From: an uncultured Dehalococcoidales bacterium
GTDB taxonomy: Bacteria; Chloroflexota; Dehalococcoidia; GIF9; AB-539-J10
Length of the DNA: 57,832 bases
Direction: 5' to 3'
Assembly (NCBI GenBank): GCA_964578745.1
Contig: CAZODZ010000004.1
Span: 1 to 57,832, forward strand
In this document: positions 1 through 10,870 of the stretch, in pieces
How the letters are laid out: each line of letters begins with the position of its first letter
Numbering within the stretch: position 1 is the first letter of the stretch
Notes under the pieces: model-generated
Database searches by the model: none
Told to the model about the DNA's origin: nothing
Seen by the model: only the letters and a program-made list of their open reading frames with translations
Made by a program: the position numbers and the translations under genes

Positions 1-46
1 CCAGAGGTGGTCTTCACGGAACAGGACGAACCGGAGGCAGAAACAG

Positions 47-1012
47 ATGCGGACACTCGTTACAGGCGGAACAGGCTACATCGGCGCGGAACTGGTCCGT
101 GCTCTCGTGAAGGGTGGCGACAGGGTCATCACATTCGGTCCCACAACCAACGCCAGGCGCATCGCCGACATCCAGAGCGACATAACGGTGGTGCGCGGCA
201 ACCTCGCGTACGCCTCCGAGGTATTCAACGTGGTGAGAGACCACCGCATTGAGCGCATTTTTCACCTCGGCTCCATGCTCAGCACACCATCGCAGATGAA
301 CCCCTGGGCCTCCTTTCAGGTGAATGTCGTCGGGACGATGAACGTATATGAGGCAGCGCGCCTGTTTGAGGTTGAGCGCCTTGTTTTCACGAGCACCATT
401 GGTACTTTCGCTATCGGCGCGGGCAAGGTTGCTGACGACTACACGCTGCAGCGGCCTGCCACGATGTATGGCTCCGGTAAGCTCTACTGTGAATGCCTCG
501 GCCGGTTCTACAAGAGCAAATTTGGACTCGACTACCGGGGTGTCAGGTTCCCCTCGGTTATTGGCCCGGGCACGACCCAGAGGACAGTCGCCCAGTACAA
601 CTCGTGGATGATCGAGTACCCTGCTCTCGACAAGCCGTTCGAGTGCTTCGTTACACCGGAGACGAAGGGACCTGCGATGTATTTCAAAGACGCGGTGAGG
701 TCGCTGCTCATGATTGCCGAGGCCCCAGCTGAGAAGCTGCAGACACTTACCTACAACATCGGCGGTCTCGTGCCGACTCCGAGTGCCAGGGACATAGAGA
801 CAACGGTGCGCAAACATGTTCCCAATGCACGGATCACGTACAATCCGGACCCGCTCATCATGGACTACTATGCGTCGGCCAGGATCGAGACATTCGACGA
901 CAGCTGTGCCCGGAAGGAATGGGGCTGGCAGCCGGAGTTTGAGAACATCGACGACGTGGTGTCTGATTTCATTGAAGAGGTCCGCACCAACCCTGCGCAA
1001 TACGGCCTCTAG
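47..1012 (+). CDS. NAD-dependent epimerase/dehydratase, extended SDR (L-threonine 3-dehydrogenase-like)
   Basis: Rossmann TGGTGYIG, catalytic YGSGK (YxxxK), GGAGG RBS before ATG 47. Confidence 0.88.
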   Translation: MRTLVTGGTGYIGAELVRALVKGGDRVITFGPTTNARRIADIQSDITVVRGNLAYASEVFNVVRDHRIERIFHLGSMLSTPSQMNPWASFQVNVVGTMNVYEAARLFEVERLVFTSTIGTFAIGAGKVADDYTLQRPATMYGSGKLYCECLGRFYKSKFGLDYRGVRFPSVIGPGTTQRTVAQYNSWMIEYPALDKPFECFVTPETKGPAMYFKDAVRSLLMIAEAPAEKLQTLTYNIGGLVPTPSARDIETTVRKHVPNARITYNPDPLIMDYYASARIETFDDSCARKEWGWQPEFENIDDVVSDFIEEVRTNPAQYGL

Positions 1013-1067
1013 GAGCAGCAACAGCAGCCGGAGCACGGACACACCGGCATCATGAAGGAGCCTGTTC

Positions 1068-1850
1068 ATGCGACAGCGATTTGAGGGCAAGGTCATCATC
1101 GTCACCGGCGCCGGCTCGGGCCTGGGGCAGGATTACTGCTACGCATTTGCCCGCGAGGGCGGGCGGGTAATCTGCGCAGACATTGACGAGTCCGCTGCAA
1201 CGCGAACAGCGGCGGCAATCAGATCCAACGGCGGCGCTGCAGTCGCAGTACGATGCGACGTAACTTCAGCATCAGACGCTGAACGGATGTCAGGTACGGC
1301 CCTTGAGCAGTACGGTCACATCACTGTGCTCATCAACAACGCCGGCGTCATCCGGCGGCGCAGTCTCACAAGGACAACCGAGGAGGACTGGGACCGGGAG
1401 ATCGACACCGACTTAAAAGGGCCGTTCCTCTGCACACGAGCGGTTGTGCCACACATGAAAGACCGTGGCTATGGCAAGATAGTGAACATCTCGTCGGTTG
1501 CCGGCATCGTCGGTTGTATCTCGACCGCCTACGCCGCCTCAAAAGCAGGTATCAACGGCCTGACCCGCCAGTGGGCCCTTGAACTCGCGCCTTACGGCAT
1601 CCGGGTCAACAGTGTGGCACCCGGTTACACAGCCACCCCTATCAATGCGAAGTTGCGTGAGACAGCTGCGGCAACACGCATCGGTGAGCGAATTCCACTT
1701 GGCTGGGGCAAGCCGTCAGACATCACGGCAGCCGTACTGTTCCTGAGTGCGGAGGAGTCAGACTATATCACGGGGCAGACCCTCGCCGTAGATGGAGGAC
1801 TCACGACGACCGCCGATATGGGGCCGGACTATCGGACTTTCGACCAGTAG
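1068..1850 (+). CDS. Classical SDR oxidoreductase (FabG-like)
   Basis: TGAGSGLG, NNAG, YAASK, PG motifs; AAGGAG RBS. Confidence 0.92.
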   Translation: MRQRFEGKVIIVTGAGSGLGQDYCYAFAREGGRVICADIDESAATRTAAAIRSNGGAAVAVRCDVTSASDAERMSGTALEQYGHITVLINNAGVIRRRSLTRTTEEDWDREIDTDLKGPFLCTRAVVPHMKDRGYGKIVNISSVAGIVGCISTAYAASKAGINGLTRQWALELAPYGIRVNSVAPGYTATPINAKLRETAAATRIGERIPLGWGKPSDITAAVLFLSAEESDYITGQTLAVDGGLTTTADMGPDYRTFDQ

Positions 1851-1862
1851 GACCCACGGCAC

Positions 1863-2609
1863 CTACGCCGTGTGGCCGGGCAGACTTATCCATTCTCCCG
1901 GCGCAGGAACGAGGACTCTCGTCCAGGGAGCTGTGCGCTTCACCGCGGAGACAAATTCCGCCGGCTCAGCAGAGCCCAGCTCATAGTGCATCGGCACTAC
2001 AGTACGCAGCTTCAACCACTCCGTGGCAAGCGCGGCCTCCTCAATACTCATCTCGGCAGGTATGCCCGGGAAGCCTGATATGGGCAGCAAGCCTGCCTCC
2101 GGCTTGTACAACTGGCCGAACAGCTTCATATCACTGAATATGGCCGTGTCACCGGGGTGGTAGACAGTACGCCCGGTTTCAGTCGTCACCAAGTAACCGT
2201 TCGGAAGGCCGGTGATAAGTTGTCCTTTGTACCGTGTACAGGAGACATGCTTGGACTCCACACATCGCACTACCACACCGCCGAGATCGCGAACCATGCC
2301 CCACACGGTGACACTGATCCGCTCAGGCGCGATGCCGCTGTCGAGCAGGATGTACTGGACCGCCGGGTCACAGACCACGTCCGCCCGTGACCGTCGCAGC
2401 AGCTCAAGCGTGTCCCCGAAATGATCCGGGGCGGCATGAGTGACGAGGATGAGGTCGACGTTCACAACATCGTCCAGCGGCACCGGAGAAATATTCTTTC
2501 CATTCCAGCCCGTGATACAGGGGTCGATGACAACCCTCTTGCCACCTTCGGTCACAATCTCAAATGCCGACGTGCCAAAATAGCGAAGACTCAGTCCAGG
2601 CATCGTCAT
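1863..2609 (-). CDS. Metallo-beta-lactamase-fold hydrolase (UPF0173-like)
   Basis: IDP, THAAPDH (variant HxHxDH), GDT, PMHY motifs; ATGA overlap with upstream amidohydrolase stop. Confidence 0.85.
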   Translation of the reverse strand: MTMPGLSLRYFGTSAFEIVTEGGKRVVIDPCITGWNGKNISPVPLDDVVNVDLILVTHAAPDHFGDTLELLRRSRADVVCDPAVQYILLDSGIAPERISVTVWGMVRDLGGVVVRCVESKHVSCTRYKGQLITGLPNGYLVTTETGRTVYHPGDTAIFSDMKLFGQLYKPEAGLLPISGFPGIPAEMSIEEAALATEWLKLRTVVPMHYELGSAEPAEFVSAVKRTAPWTRVLVPAPGEWISLPGHTA

Positions 2610-4042
2610 TCATCCCTCTTCTCTGTAGCGTCTCTCGACGGCGGTCTCACGTCATCCGGCAGAGGGCATTCATACTTCCCACTGGTCGACCTTGCGAATT
2701 CCTCACGTGCCATCCTGACCTTCCCGGGTTGCGCAATCAGGTCGACTACCGTCAAGCCGAGCACCGCAGCAGCGCACAGCATGGCCCTGTGTCCGATGGA
2801 CGACCCGCACGAGGCGACAGCCTGCCATGTGTGCAACTGGACGCCTAGAGGCATACAGCAGGCCGTCATCTGGGCCGTGGGGACGATATGAGAGACATCG
2901 CCAACATCAGTCGAGATAGGTTGCACCTCGCCTGCCGACAGACCACCGAGCGATTCAAACACATTTGTACATAAGACACCACCAAGCTCGTCGAAGGTCT
3001 TGCCAAGCGCCCTGGCCGCGTTCTCTACCGCGCCGGACGGGAGTGTCCGCACAAGCGCCTCTGCAAATTCGAAGTCACTCGCCGTGAACGCCGGTGCACC
3101 AACCAGTTTCATGTTCGACAGGAGGACTGCTTCCAGGGTCCTGTTGGGCAGGAAGTCATGGCAGCCAGCATCGAACTCCACCTCGAGTTCTGTGCCGGTC
3201 ATCAACGCGGCACCACGTGCCACATTCAGCACCCGCTCGTAGACGTCCTTTACCAGTGCACGGTCGGGAGCACGCACGTAGTACCAGCTCTGCGCAAATG
3301 CGGGCACAATATTCGGCGCCTCTCCGCCGTGTGTCACTATGCAGTGGATCCGTACGTTCGCCGGTATGTGCTCCCGAAGGAAGTTCACCCCCACGTCCGT
3401 GAGCATGACAGCATCCAGTGCGCTTCGTCCGGCTTCCGGCGCGGCACCAGCGTGCGCCGACACGCCGTGGAAGCTCAACTTGAAGGAATTGAGCGCCGCA
3501 GATGACGCAGACCAAACTGTGTTGCCATACATCGGATGCCAGGTGAGTGCGGCATCCAGGTCGCTGAACATCTCCTCGCGGGCCATGAAGACCTTGCCCA
3601 TGAGCGTCTCCTCAGCCGGACATCCATAGTAGCGAACAGTACCAGGCAGACCAGCCTGCTGAAGTGCCGCAGCCGCGCCGAGAACAGCTCCAAGGCTTGC
3701 CACACCGAGAAGATTATGTCCGCAGGCATGGCCCGGAGCACCCTCCACCAACGGTTCCCGTGTTGCACTGACCTTCTGCGAAAGGCCGGGCAGCGCATCG
3801 TACTCGCCCAGGACGCCAATCACCGGCTGCCCTGTACCACGCTGCGCCATGAATGCGTTCGGGATACCGGAGGCATCACGTTCCACTGAGAATCCCTCGC
3901 GCTGCAGCACATCGGCCAGCAGGCTCGAGGCGTATGCCTCCTTGAATCCCAGTTCGGGGTGCTCCCATATGCTGTCAGCAAGTCGCACAAGCTCTGCCGC
4001 ATTGGTTTCTATCCACCGGAGTACTTCATCTTTCTGAACCAC
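2606..4042 (-). CDS. abgB: M20 amidohydrolase, p-aminobenzoyl-glutamate hydrolase subunit B-like
   Basis: EYDALPG, GHACGHNLLG, PAEE, WHP, STDVGDVS motifs; start moved to GTG 4042 after GGAGGAG. Confidence 0.85.
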   Translation of the reverse strand: MVQKDEVLRWIETNAAELVRLADSIWEHPELGFKEAYASSLLADVLQREGFSVERDASGIPNAFMAQRGTGQPVIGVLGEYDALPGLSQKVSATREPLVEGAPGHACGHNLLGVASLGAVLGAAAALQQAGLPGTVRYYGCPAEETLMGKVFMAREEMFSDLDAALTWHPMYGNTVWSASSAALNSFKLSFHGVSAHAGAAPEAGRSALDAVMLTDVGVNFLREHIPANVRIHCIVTHGGEAPNIVPAFAQSWYYVRAPDRALVKDVYERVLNVARGAALMTGTELEVEFDAGCHDFLPNRTLEAVLLSNMKLVGAPAFTASDFEFAEALVRTLPSGAVENAARALGKTFDELGGVLCTNVFESLGGLSAGEVQPISTDVGDVSHIVPTAQMTACCMPLGVQLHTWQAVASCGSSIGHRAMLCAAAVLGLTVVDLIAQPGKVRMAREEFARSTSGKYECPLPDDVRPPSRDATEKRDE

Positions 4043-4579
4043 AACTCTCCTCCATTCTGCACATGCGTGGCACCCTGCGCCCGCAAGAGTCATTGTATAT
4101 AAGCGGAGCAGCTGCTGCCCTCTCCTGACTCACAAACGCAATGCAGGCATACTGTGTGATCTGTACCCCATGGGGGCGGTCATCGCACAGGCGTTCTTCG
4201 CAAGTGCGTTCGCCTTCTCCATACTCGGCATGGGAGGTTCACAACTACAGCCCGATGCCATTCTTGATGCAGAACTGGTCTGGCACGCGAGGCTCCTCGC
4301 CGTCGTTGCAGTGCTTCGCCGGAAGCCAGCTAGGCTCCCGTTTCATGACGCTTCATCTTAACCCGGGACAGGCGCGCCGCGTGTTCGGGCTTGTGCCCCT
4401 CAATGTAAGCGCCCTGCTCATACTGGAGGACGTAATCGAGGCATTCCCGTCCACCTAGTCTGAGGTCAAGCGGAACATAAGCACCATCCCAGATACGCCC
4501 CCCGTGGGCGTTCGGGTAACCGATCAATGGAGAGTACAATAGTGTGGGTCCGCTGCAGCAGACCACAGAGGAGGACACA

Positions 4580-5461
4580 ATGAACGAAAAGGCGAAAAGA
4601 CTGAGGCAACTTCTCGCGCGCCCGGAACCAATCGTGAGTCTGGGTGTATGGGACCCGTACAGTGCGATAGTGGCCGAGCAGGAAGGCTTCGAGTTGCTTA
4701 CCGTATTCGGCTCAATTGTCTCGTGGTCCATGCTGGGCAAGACTGACACCGGCTACATCACTCAGACGGAGATTGCGGACACGGCCAGAAGAGTCATACA
4801 GTCAGTCTCGGTCCCCGTAATCGTCGATTGTGACGATGGGTTCGGCGATCCCATCAACGTGCGCCGGACGGTGCAGATAATGGAGCACATGGGTGCCGCC
4901 GGCATGTACATCGAAGACTTGAGGCGACCCCTGCGCTGCTCAGCGATGGGAGATGGCGGACTCATTTCAAGCGACGCGATGGTCCAGAAGATACGTGCCG
5001 CCGTCGAGGCACGTACCGACCCGGACTTCTTCATCATGGCGCGGACCGACAACTACGAAGGGGTCAACGAACTCATCGCAAGGTCCAGGAAGTACGTCAA
5101 AGCAGGAGCCGACATGGTTCTCGTCATCGGGCTCACGACGGAAGAGGACATGTCCCGCGTCGGGGCAGAGGCTGGCGTACCTTTGTCGACCCTGCAGGCG
5201 GCACGAACGAAGATGCCCTTCCTACCCCATAACACCGTAGCAGCGATGGGATACAGGATTATCTTCCATGTGCAGACGATGTACATGGCAGCGGCACAGG
5301 CCATGCGCGACGCTGCGCGTGAGCTGAGAGAAGATGTGGCAAAGGGAACAGAGGTACCGCGCCTTGCCCCCGGCCCCAGCCCGGTCGAGATAGAGAAGAC
5401 GCTGGGCCTCGACCTCGACACCGAACTCAACAACCGCTACTCCAGCTCCCCACCAGCTTAG
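4580..5461 (+). CDS. Isocitrate lyase/PEP mutase family enzyme
   Basis: DCDDGFG, IED, ARTD motifs; GAGGAGG RBS before ATG 4580. Confidence 0.88.
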   Translation: MNEKAKRLRQLLARPEPIVSLGVWDPYSAIVAEQEGFELLTVFGSIVSWSMLGKTDTGYITQTEIADTARRVIQSVSVPVIVDCDDGFGDPINVRRTVQIMEHMGAAGMYIEDLRRPLRCSAMGDGGLISSDAMVQKIRAAVEARTDPDFFIMARTDNYEGVNELIARSRKYVKAGADMVLVIGLTTEEDMSRVGAEAGVPLSTLQAARTKMPFLPHNTVAAMGYRIIFHVQTMYMAAAQAMRDAARELREDVAKGTEVPRLAPGPSPVEIEKTLGLDLDTELNNRYSSSPPA

Positions 5462-5555
5462 AGCAGCCGCTGCGAGTCGCTTCGAACGCAAGCAGCCATG
5501 AGCGAGCCGGCGTCTTCCACTCACACTCCCTCATGTTATACAGTGGTATAGTCGC

Positions 5556-6059
5556 ATGAGTATTACTCAGACACTCAACCGGCACGACCGTACAGGACTG
5601 GTCCTCAATATGGGTCTGGCCATCGGAGCAGCGGCGGCTGTGCAGGCAGTCGTCCTGTTCACGGGACAGGATGCGATGACCGGCCGTGAACTGCGACTGT
5701 GGTTCGAACCGCCTGAATGGGCCGTCACAGCCGTCTGGCTCGTTCTATTTGCCCTGATGGCCACAGCACGATGGATGCTCAACGAATACACCATCGTGGG
5801 AGTCGTTCCAGCCAGGAGGATGACAACGGTACTCATCATCGCCAGCCTGCTGTGCCCGTTGTACGTACCGGTCAGTGGCAGTGCGATCGCGGGTTTCCTC
5901 GGCAACATGGCCACGATAGTGATTGCGGCCGTGGCGATCGGACTTGCGTGGCTCCGCTCGCGTGACGCGGCTTTTCTACTTGTGCCGCTGGTCCTGTGGC
6001 TCTCGTTTGCCACACTGCTGATTTTCGTACAACCGGGTCAACTCCAGCCGACACAGTAG
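5556..6059 (+). CDS. tspO: TspO/MBR family tryptophan-rich membrane protein
   Basis: PPEW...VWLVLFALM and [15 protein letters not shown] match the TspO pattern; hydrophobic helices. Confidence 0.75.
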   Translation: MSITQTLNRHDRTGLVLNMGLAIGAAAAVQAVVLFTGQDAMTGRELRLWFEPPEWAVTAVWLVLFALMATARWMLNEYTIVGVVPARRMTTVLIIASLLCPLYVPVSGSAIAGFLGNMATIVIAAVAIGLAWLRSRDAAFLLVPLVLWLSFATLLIFVQPGQLQPTQ

Positions 6060-6094
6060 ACCGGCCGCACACTTATATGAGGGAGGAACCAGGC

Positions 6095-7762
6095 ATGAGA
6101 AGCGATACAGTCAAGAAAGGCATTGAAAGGTCTCCCCACCGTGCACTACTACACGGGCTCGGACACCCGAGGGAGGATTTCGACCGGCCGTTCATCGGCG
6201 TTGTCAACAGCTACAACACGGTGATTCCAGGCCACATGCACCTGCAGGCACTCGCCCAGCAGGTGAAGGAGGGCATCAGGGCCGCCGGTGGTGTGCCATT
6301 CGAATTCAACACCATAGGCGTGTGTGACGGCCTCGCCATGGACCACATGGGCATGAAGTTCAGCCTGCCCAGCAGAGAACTGATCGCTGACGCCGTGGAG
6401 GTAATGACACAGGCGCACCGGTTCGACGCGCTCGTATTCATACCGAATTGCGACAAAATCGTGCCCGGTATGCTCATCGCGGCAGCGAGACTCGATCTGC
6501 CGTGCGTCTTCGTATCAGGCGGCCCCATGCTCATGGGCAGGATCCCCACCAGAGAAGGACTGAAGGACATCGACCTCGTCAACTGTTTCGAAGGCATCGG
6601 GATGGTGCTGAGTGGCCAGATGTCCGAGAAGGAACTGCAGGCGCTGGAGGAGCACGCCTGCCCCACATGTGGCAGTTGCGCCCCCATCGCGACGGCCAAC
6701 ACAATGAACTGCCTCACCGAGGCTATGGGACTCGGATTACCCGGCAACGGTACGATTCCGGCCGTGGATTCGCGAAGGCTTGCGCTCGCATTCCTGGCAG
6801 GAGAGCGAGTGCTCGACGTCCTCAATCGCGGGCTCACCGCGAGGAAGATGCTCACACTCGATGCATTCCACAACGCCTTCGCTGTGGACATGGCGCTCGG
6901 AGGAAGCACGAATACGGTGCTGCACCTCCCTGCAATCGCCCACGCTGCCGAAATCGACTTTCCGATCGCATCTATCAATGAGATAAGCAGCAGTGTTCCT
7001 CACATCTGCAACCTCAGGCCCTCTGGAACGTATGGCCTCGCTGACCTCGACTCAGCCGGTGGCATCCCGGCTGTCATGAAAGAGATCTCCAAAAGACTGA
7101 GGCCAGCAGCGATGACGGTACTTGGCAAGACAATCGGCGACGTCTTCAAGGAAGCAGAGGTAGTCGACCGCAGGGTCATTCACCCGTTCGACAAGCCTCT
7201 TCACTCGACCGGAGGTATCGCCATACTCTTCGGCAACCTCGCGCCTGAGGGGGCTGTGGTGAAGACGGCAGGCGTTGCCGACGAGATGATGGTGCACGAG
7301 GGACCGGCACGATGCTTCAACAGTGAAGAGGAGGCCGCAAAGGCCATCGCCCACAGGGTATTCCAGCCGGGTGATGTGCTCGTCGTTCGCTATGAAGGAC
7401 CCAAGGGCGGCCCTGGCATGCAGGAAATGCTTACTCCTACTTCGATGCTGTCGGGCATGGGCGCAGACAAGACCGTGGCGCTGATTACTGACGGACGGTT
7501 CTCCGGCGGTTCGCGCGGGGCTGCAATCGGCCACGTGTCTCCCGAGGCAGCCGCCCGCGGGCCAATCGCAGCATTGCGCGATGGTGACTTCGTCCGTATC
7601 GATATCCCGCGAAGACACATAAGCGTCAAGCTGGACGACAAGGAAATCCAGGAGCGCCTTGCCACGTTGCCGCCGTTCACGCCAAAGGTGAAGAAAGGAT
7701 TCCTTGCCAGATACAGTCGACTGGTCTCCTCCGCCAGCACAGGCGCCGTGTTCGAGGAATAG
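6095..7762 (+). CDS. ilvD: Dihydroxy-acid dehydratase
   Basis: [33 protein letters not shown] motifs; GGGAGG RBS before ATG 6095. Confidence 0.97.
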   Translation: MRSDTVKKGIERSPHRALLHGLGHPREDFDRPFIGVVNSYNTVIPGHMHLQALAQQVKEGIRAAGGVPFEFNTIGVCDGLAMDHMGMKFSLPSRELIADAVEVMTQAHRFDALVFIPNCDKIVPGMLIAAARLDLPCVFVSGGPMLMGRIPTREGLKDIDLVNCFEGIGMVLSGQMSEKELQALEEHACPTCGSCAPIATANTMNCLTEAMGLGLPGNGTIPAVDSRRLALAFLAGERVLDVLNRGLTARKMLTLDAFHNAFAVDMALGGSTNTVLHLPAIAHAAEIDFPIASINEISSSVPHICNLRPSGTYGLADLDSAGGIPAVMKEISKRLRPAAMTVLGKTIGDVFKEAEVVDRRVIHPFDKPLHSTGGIAILFGNLAPEGAVVKTAGVADEMMVHEGPARCFNSEEEAAKAIAHRVFQPGDVLVVRYEGPKGGPGMQEMLTPTSMLSGMGADKTVALITDGRFSGGSRGAAIGHVSPEAAARGPIAALRDGDFVRIDIPRRHISVKLDDKEIQERLATLPPFTPKVKKGFLARYSRLVSSASTGAVFEE

Positions 7763-7943
7763 CACCGAAGAAAGACCGGGACGTCTCTGCACACCGGACC
7801 AACCCGGTGTAGACGGGCAGCGCAAGACAGGATTTAACGCACACCCGCGGACCGCGTATGCAATCACCGAACACCACGACTGTTTCCCTGGCACGATGAA
7901 CAGGGCGGGCACAAGAGCCGCCAGGCTGCCTGCAGTACTCCTC

Positions 7944-8999
7944 TCACAAGACCACGGCGGGCAGCGACCTTACCACGTCTGTGAGCAACCGCACATCCTC
8001 CATCTTTCCCGAGAATACCTGGCAGCCATACTGCGCGTCGAGGTGCAGCTCCGTCGTCACGAGATGCTTGACGAAGCGGTCAGTCGTCATAAGGCTGCAG
8101 TACGGGAAAAGTGCTGACACTATGCACCTGTCAGCCTCATCACTCGGCTGGCCCGGTCTCCCCGTAGCCCCCACGTGTGCAGCCGCACGTGCGAGGGCAC
8201 AGTACAGATCGACGTACGGAACGTGTGCGAGCCACGGCGAGGCAAGAAACTCGAGCAATTCGCGCGTCCCCATCCCTGCAGCTCTCAATCGTGAAGCAAG
8301 GTCAATCCACTCTCCGACGGGGTCAGCCAGCGACCAGCGAGCAAGGGTTGCGCTGCTCCCGAGGAGAGCATCACGAAGGCGCCTGCCGACTACGAGCCGG
8401 GCAAAGGCAAGACGACTCTCGACCGGTGTACCGTGAAGCACGGTATCAAGCACCGGCGCCGGAAGACTTTCCCTGATCCCCTTGTACTCACCCTGGCGGT
8501 GTCGCTGCACGCTGTTTCTATCGTTGAATGCGAGAAACGGTCCTGTCAGGCATGCCTGCCTGCTCATCTCGGTTGCAGGGAGATCTGGGTCGCTCTGCAC
8601 CACGCGACGCCACGGTGGCTCATCGGCGGATGGCAGCTGCAGAAACCGGCGCGCAACGTCCTCCACCTGTCGCGCGACTATTCCATCGAGCGTATGGAAG
8701 GCAAGCCCGAGTGAGAGGGAACGAAGGACCACCCACGCCGGGCCAGCAATCCGATCATCCATCTCAACTTCCTCAACCTGCACATTGAAAGCGGGGCACA
8801 CGAGCCTGTCATCCCAGACTGCCTCGGTCAGCGCATGAAGCAACTCTGTCCACGCCTCCAACACGTGCAGTGGAAGACCTTCCCCGTGCCTGGCCCGCGC
8901 CAGATTGCTCAGGTAGCTGGTATCAAGCGACAGGACGGGTTTGCGGCACACTCTCAACGTTACATCGTTTCTTTCCCCTGGCGGCCGTGCCTGCGACAT
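7944..8999 (-). CDS. Hypothetical protein, possible PIN-like fold
   Basis: 351 aa from ATG 8999 with GAGGT RBS; N-terminal LSLDTSYLS and C-terminal D..I...LFPYC..MTTD acidic motifs. Confidence 0.6.
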   Translation of the reverse strand: MSQARPPGERNDVTLRVCRKPVLSLDTSYLSNLARARHGEGLPLHVLEAWTELLHALTEAVWDDRLVCPAFNVQVEEVEMDDRIAGPAWVVLRSLSLGLAFHTLDGIVARQVEDVARRFLQLPSADEPPWRRVVQSDPDLPATEMSRQACLTGPFLAFNDRNSVQRHRQGEYKGIRESLPAPVLDTVLHGTPVESRLAFARLVVGRRLRDALLGSSATLARWSLADPVGEWIDLASRLRAAGMGTRELLEFLASPWLAHVPYVDLYCALARAAAHVGATGRPGQPSDEADRCIVSALFPYCSLMTTDRFVKHLVTTELHLDAQYGCQVFSGKMEDVRLLTDVVRSLPAVVL

Positions 9000-9414
9000 A
9001 CCCACCTCAAGAGCATACTCCAGCTTCCTGGCCGGACATATCCACCACATGGTACAGGCTGGTGCAACAAAAAGGCAGGAGTGGTATTACGCCGTGGGGC
9101 TGCACTCATACATCGGCTGACAGGATGCAGCCCGGCAACTGCGACCACGCCAAAGGGCCGGGAGGATACCCGGCCACTCCTGCAGCGCCATCAAACACAT
9201 CCCTCACATGTCCACCCGGAAAGGGATTGACCATGCCTGACGCGGCAGCGGCAACGGGTCCAGCCCCCGCAAATGAGACCCGGGGGCACAAAACCGGCAG
9301 GGCTGCCAGACGCCATTCAGGACAGGGCTTTCACCCGTCGAAGAAGAGGCCCACACGTGAGAACATTACGGTTTGTGCCCACACGGACAACAAGTCGGCA
9401 GGTAAACCAACACG

Positions 9415-10029
9415 TTACCGACCAAACAAACGTCTGAACATGGACCGTGACAGGAAGCTGGTACGGGGGCTCATGGACGGCAGCTCGACTGGGCGGCCGG
9501 GCCCGGGACTGGCAGCTTCCACCTGCTCCGTTGGGACATCACCCCGAGCGACTCCCGTGCATTCCCTGTTCAAGGCAGCGGTGACATCACTTCCAAGCCT
9601 GGTCTTGAACATCCTGCCCGTAGAGGAGACAAAGTATGCGTACTTTACGTCGTCCGGGACGCAACCCCAGACTTCCAGTCTACCCAGTAACTGCTCGACA
9701 CGAATGGTCTTGACAACCGGCCGTTGCAACCCGAGTTCGATAGGGAAATCGGCCATTTGTGCGCGTGGAAGAAGGACCCTGTGCCCTGTGCTCAGGATGA
9801 GCCCACAGCTCACCAGCGTCACCGGCTGGCCATGGACGTTCGACGCCTCCAAGACAAGGTAGACATCTCTGCCATCGCTCTCCTCACTCATGGAAAGCGC
9901 GACACCCACGTTCACGCGTACAAGCGGGCGTTCCCAGTAACGGCGGATGAGTTCAATACCGAGGATAACCACACCGGCAGCAACACCACCCCCGAACGCA
10001 GCGAGAAAGACACCCTGGTCCAGTTCCAT
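9415..10029 (-). CDS. Hypothetical protein with N-terminal membrane anchor
   Basis: ATG 10029 overlaps Fur stop (TGATG); hydrophobic residues ~6-28. Confidence 0.6.
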   Translation of the reverse strand: MELDQGVFLAAFGGGVAAGVVILGIELIRRYWERPLVRVNVGVALSMSEESDGRDVYLVLEASNVHGQPVTLVSCGLILSTGHRVLLPRAQMADFPIELGLQRPVVKTIRVEQLLGRLEVWGCVPDDVKYAYFVSSTGRMFKTRLGSDVTAALNRECTGVARGDVPTEQVEAASPGPGRPVELPSMSPRTSFLSRSMFRRLFGR

Positions 10030-10466
10030 CAGTCGGCCCCATCCCTGCGAAGTCCCTTCGAGGCACATTCCGCGCAGAGGCCCCGCATGACCACGTGGGT
10101 GAACCCGACCCTGAAACCGGTGCGCGCCTCGACGGTAGCTTCGATCGGTCCGAACAGGTCATCATCGAGATCCACGCTCCTGCCACACTCGCTGCAGACG
10201 ACATGATGATGGTGGCCGCTCTCTGCGTGATAATAGATGAAGTGGTCATCCTGCAGGCTCCGGTAGACACAGCCGAGACTTTCGAGCAACTCCAGCGTCC
10301 GGTATATGGTCGACTTGTTGACACCTTTCACGCGCGACTGAACATACTCGATAATCTGGTCCGCGGTGAGATGCCGTCCCTCGGCTTCATGAATGACCTC
10401 GACTATCATCCGCCGCTGGGGTGTCATACGGAATCCGTTCTGCTTGAGAGTCAGCGCACAGGTCAT
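10029..10466 (-). CDS. Fur family metalloregulator
   Basis: RMTPQR, STIYRTL, HHHHVVCSEC and CAEC motifs. Confidence 0.93.
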   Translation of the reverse strand: MTCALTLKQNGFRMTPQRRMIVEVIHEAEGRHLTADQIIEYVQSRVKGVNKSTIYRTLELLESLGCVYRSLQDDHFIYYHAESGHHHHVVCSECGRSVDLDDDLFGPIEATVEARTGFRVGFTHVVMRGLCAECASKGLRRDGAD

Positions 10467-10870
10467 ACTGCAATCAGTTGCGATTGTGACAGACCCCGAC
10501 CTCCAGGTCAATCATCCGCCGCGTCACCGATCAGCGGCAAGGGACGGTTCTAAGGGCGATGTGGAGACCAGCCTATAGCCGTGGCGCCCACCCCACTATT
10601 CGAGACTAGACAACGCTCGTTCACGTCCCAACTATCGGAATTACTCCCAGGACTAATGTCCTGCTGACGGGACACAGCGCAGGTCCGGGTAAACCCCATC
10701 CACAAATACCCCAGTACTCTCGCTACATCAGAAACGCCCACTGTAGACGGAGGACACGACCGCTCCAGTACCTCCGCCCCATGCCGCAGGTCACCCCACA
10801 TCTTTCCAGTCCAATTCTGTACTTCTGTGTCATGTGTGGACACGTTCGCCGGCACTAGGCTAATCGTGTC

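Noticed and set aside
14-1105. Long antisense or shadow ORFs (e.g. 14..1105, 25040..26236, 28678..29964, 52274..53401)
   Set aside because: They overlap well-supported genes and lack motifs; expected in GC-rich DNA
4100-4520. Protein-like minus-strand fragments (LDYVLQYEQGAYIEGH...) between abgB and the lyase
   Set aside because: Interrupted in all frames and no family motif recognised
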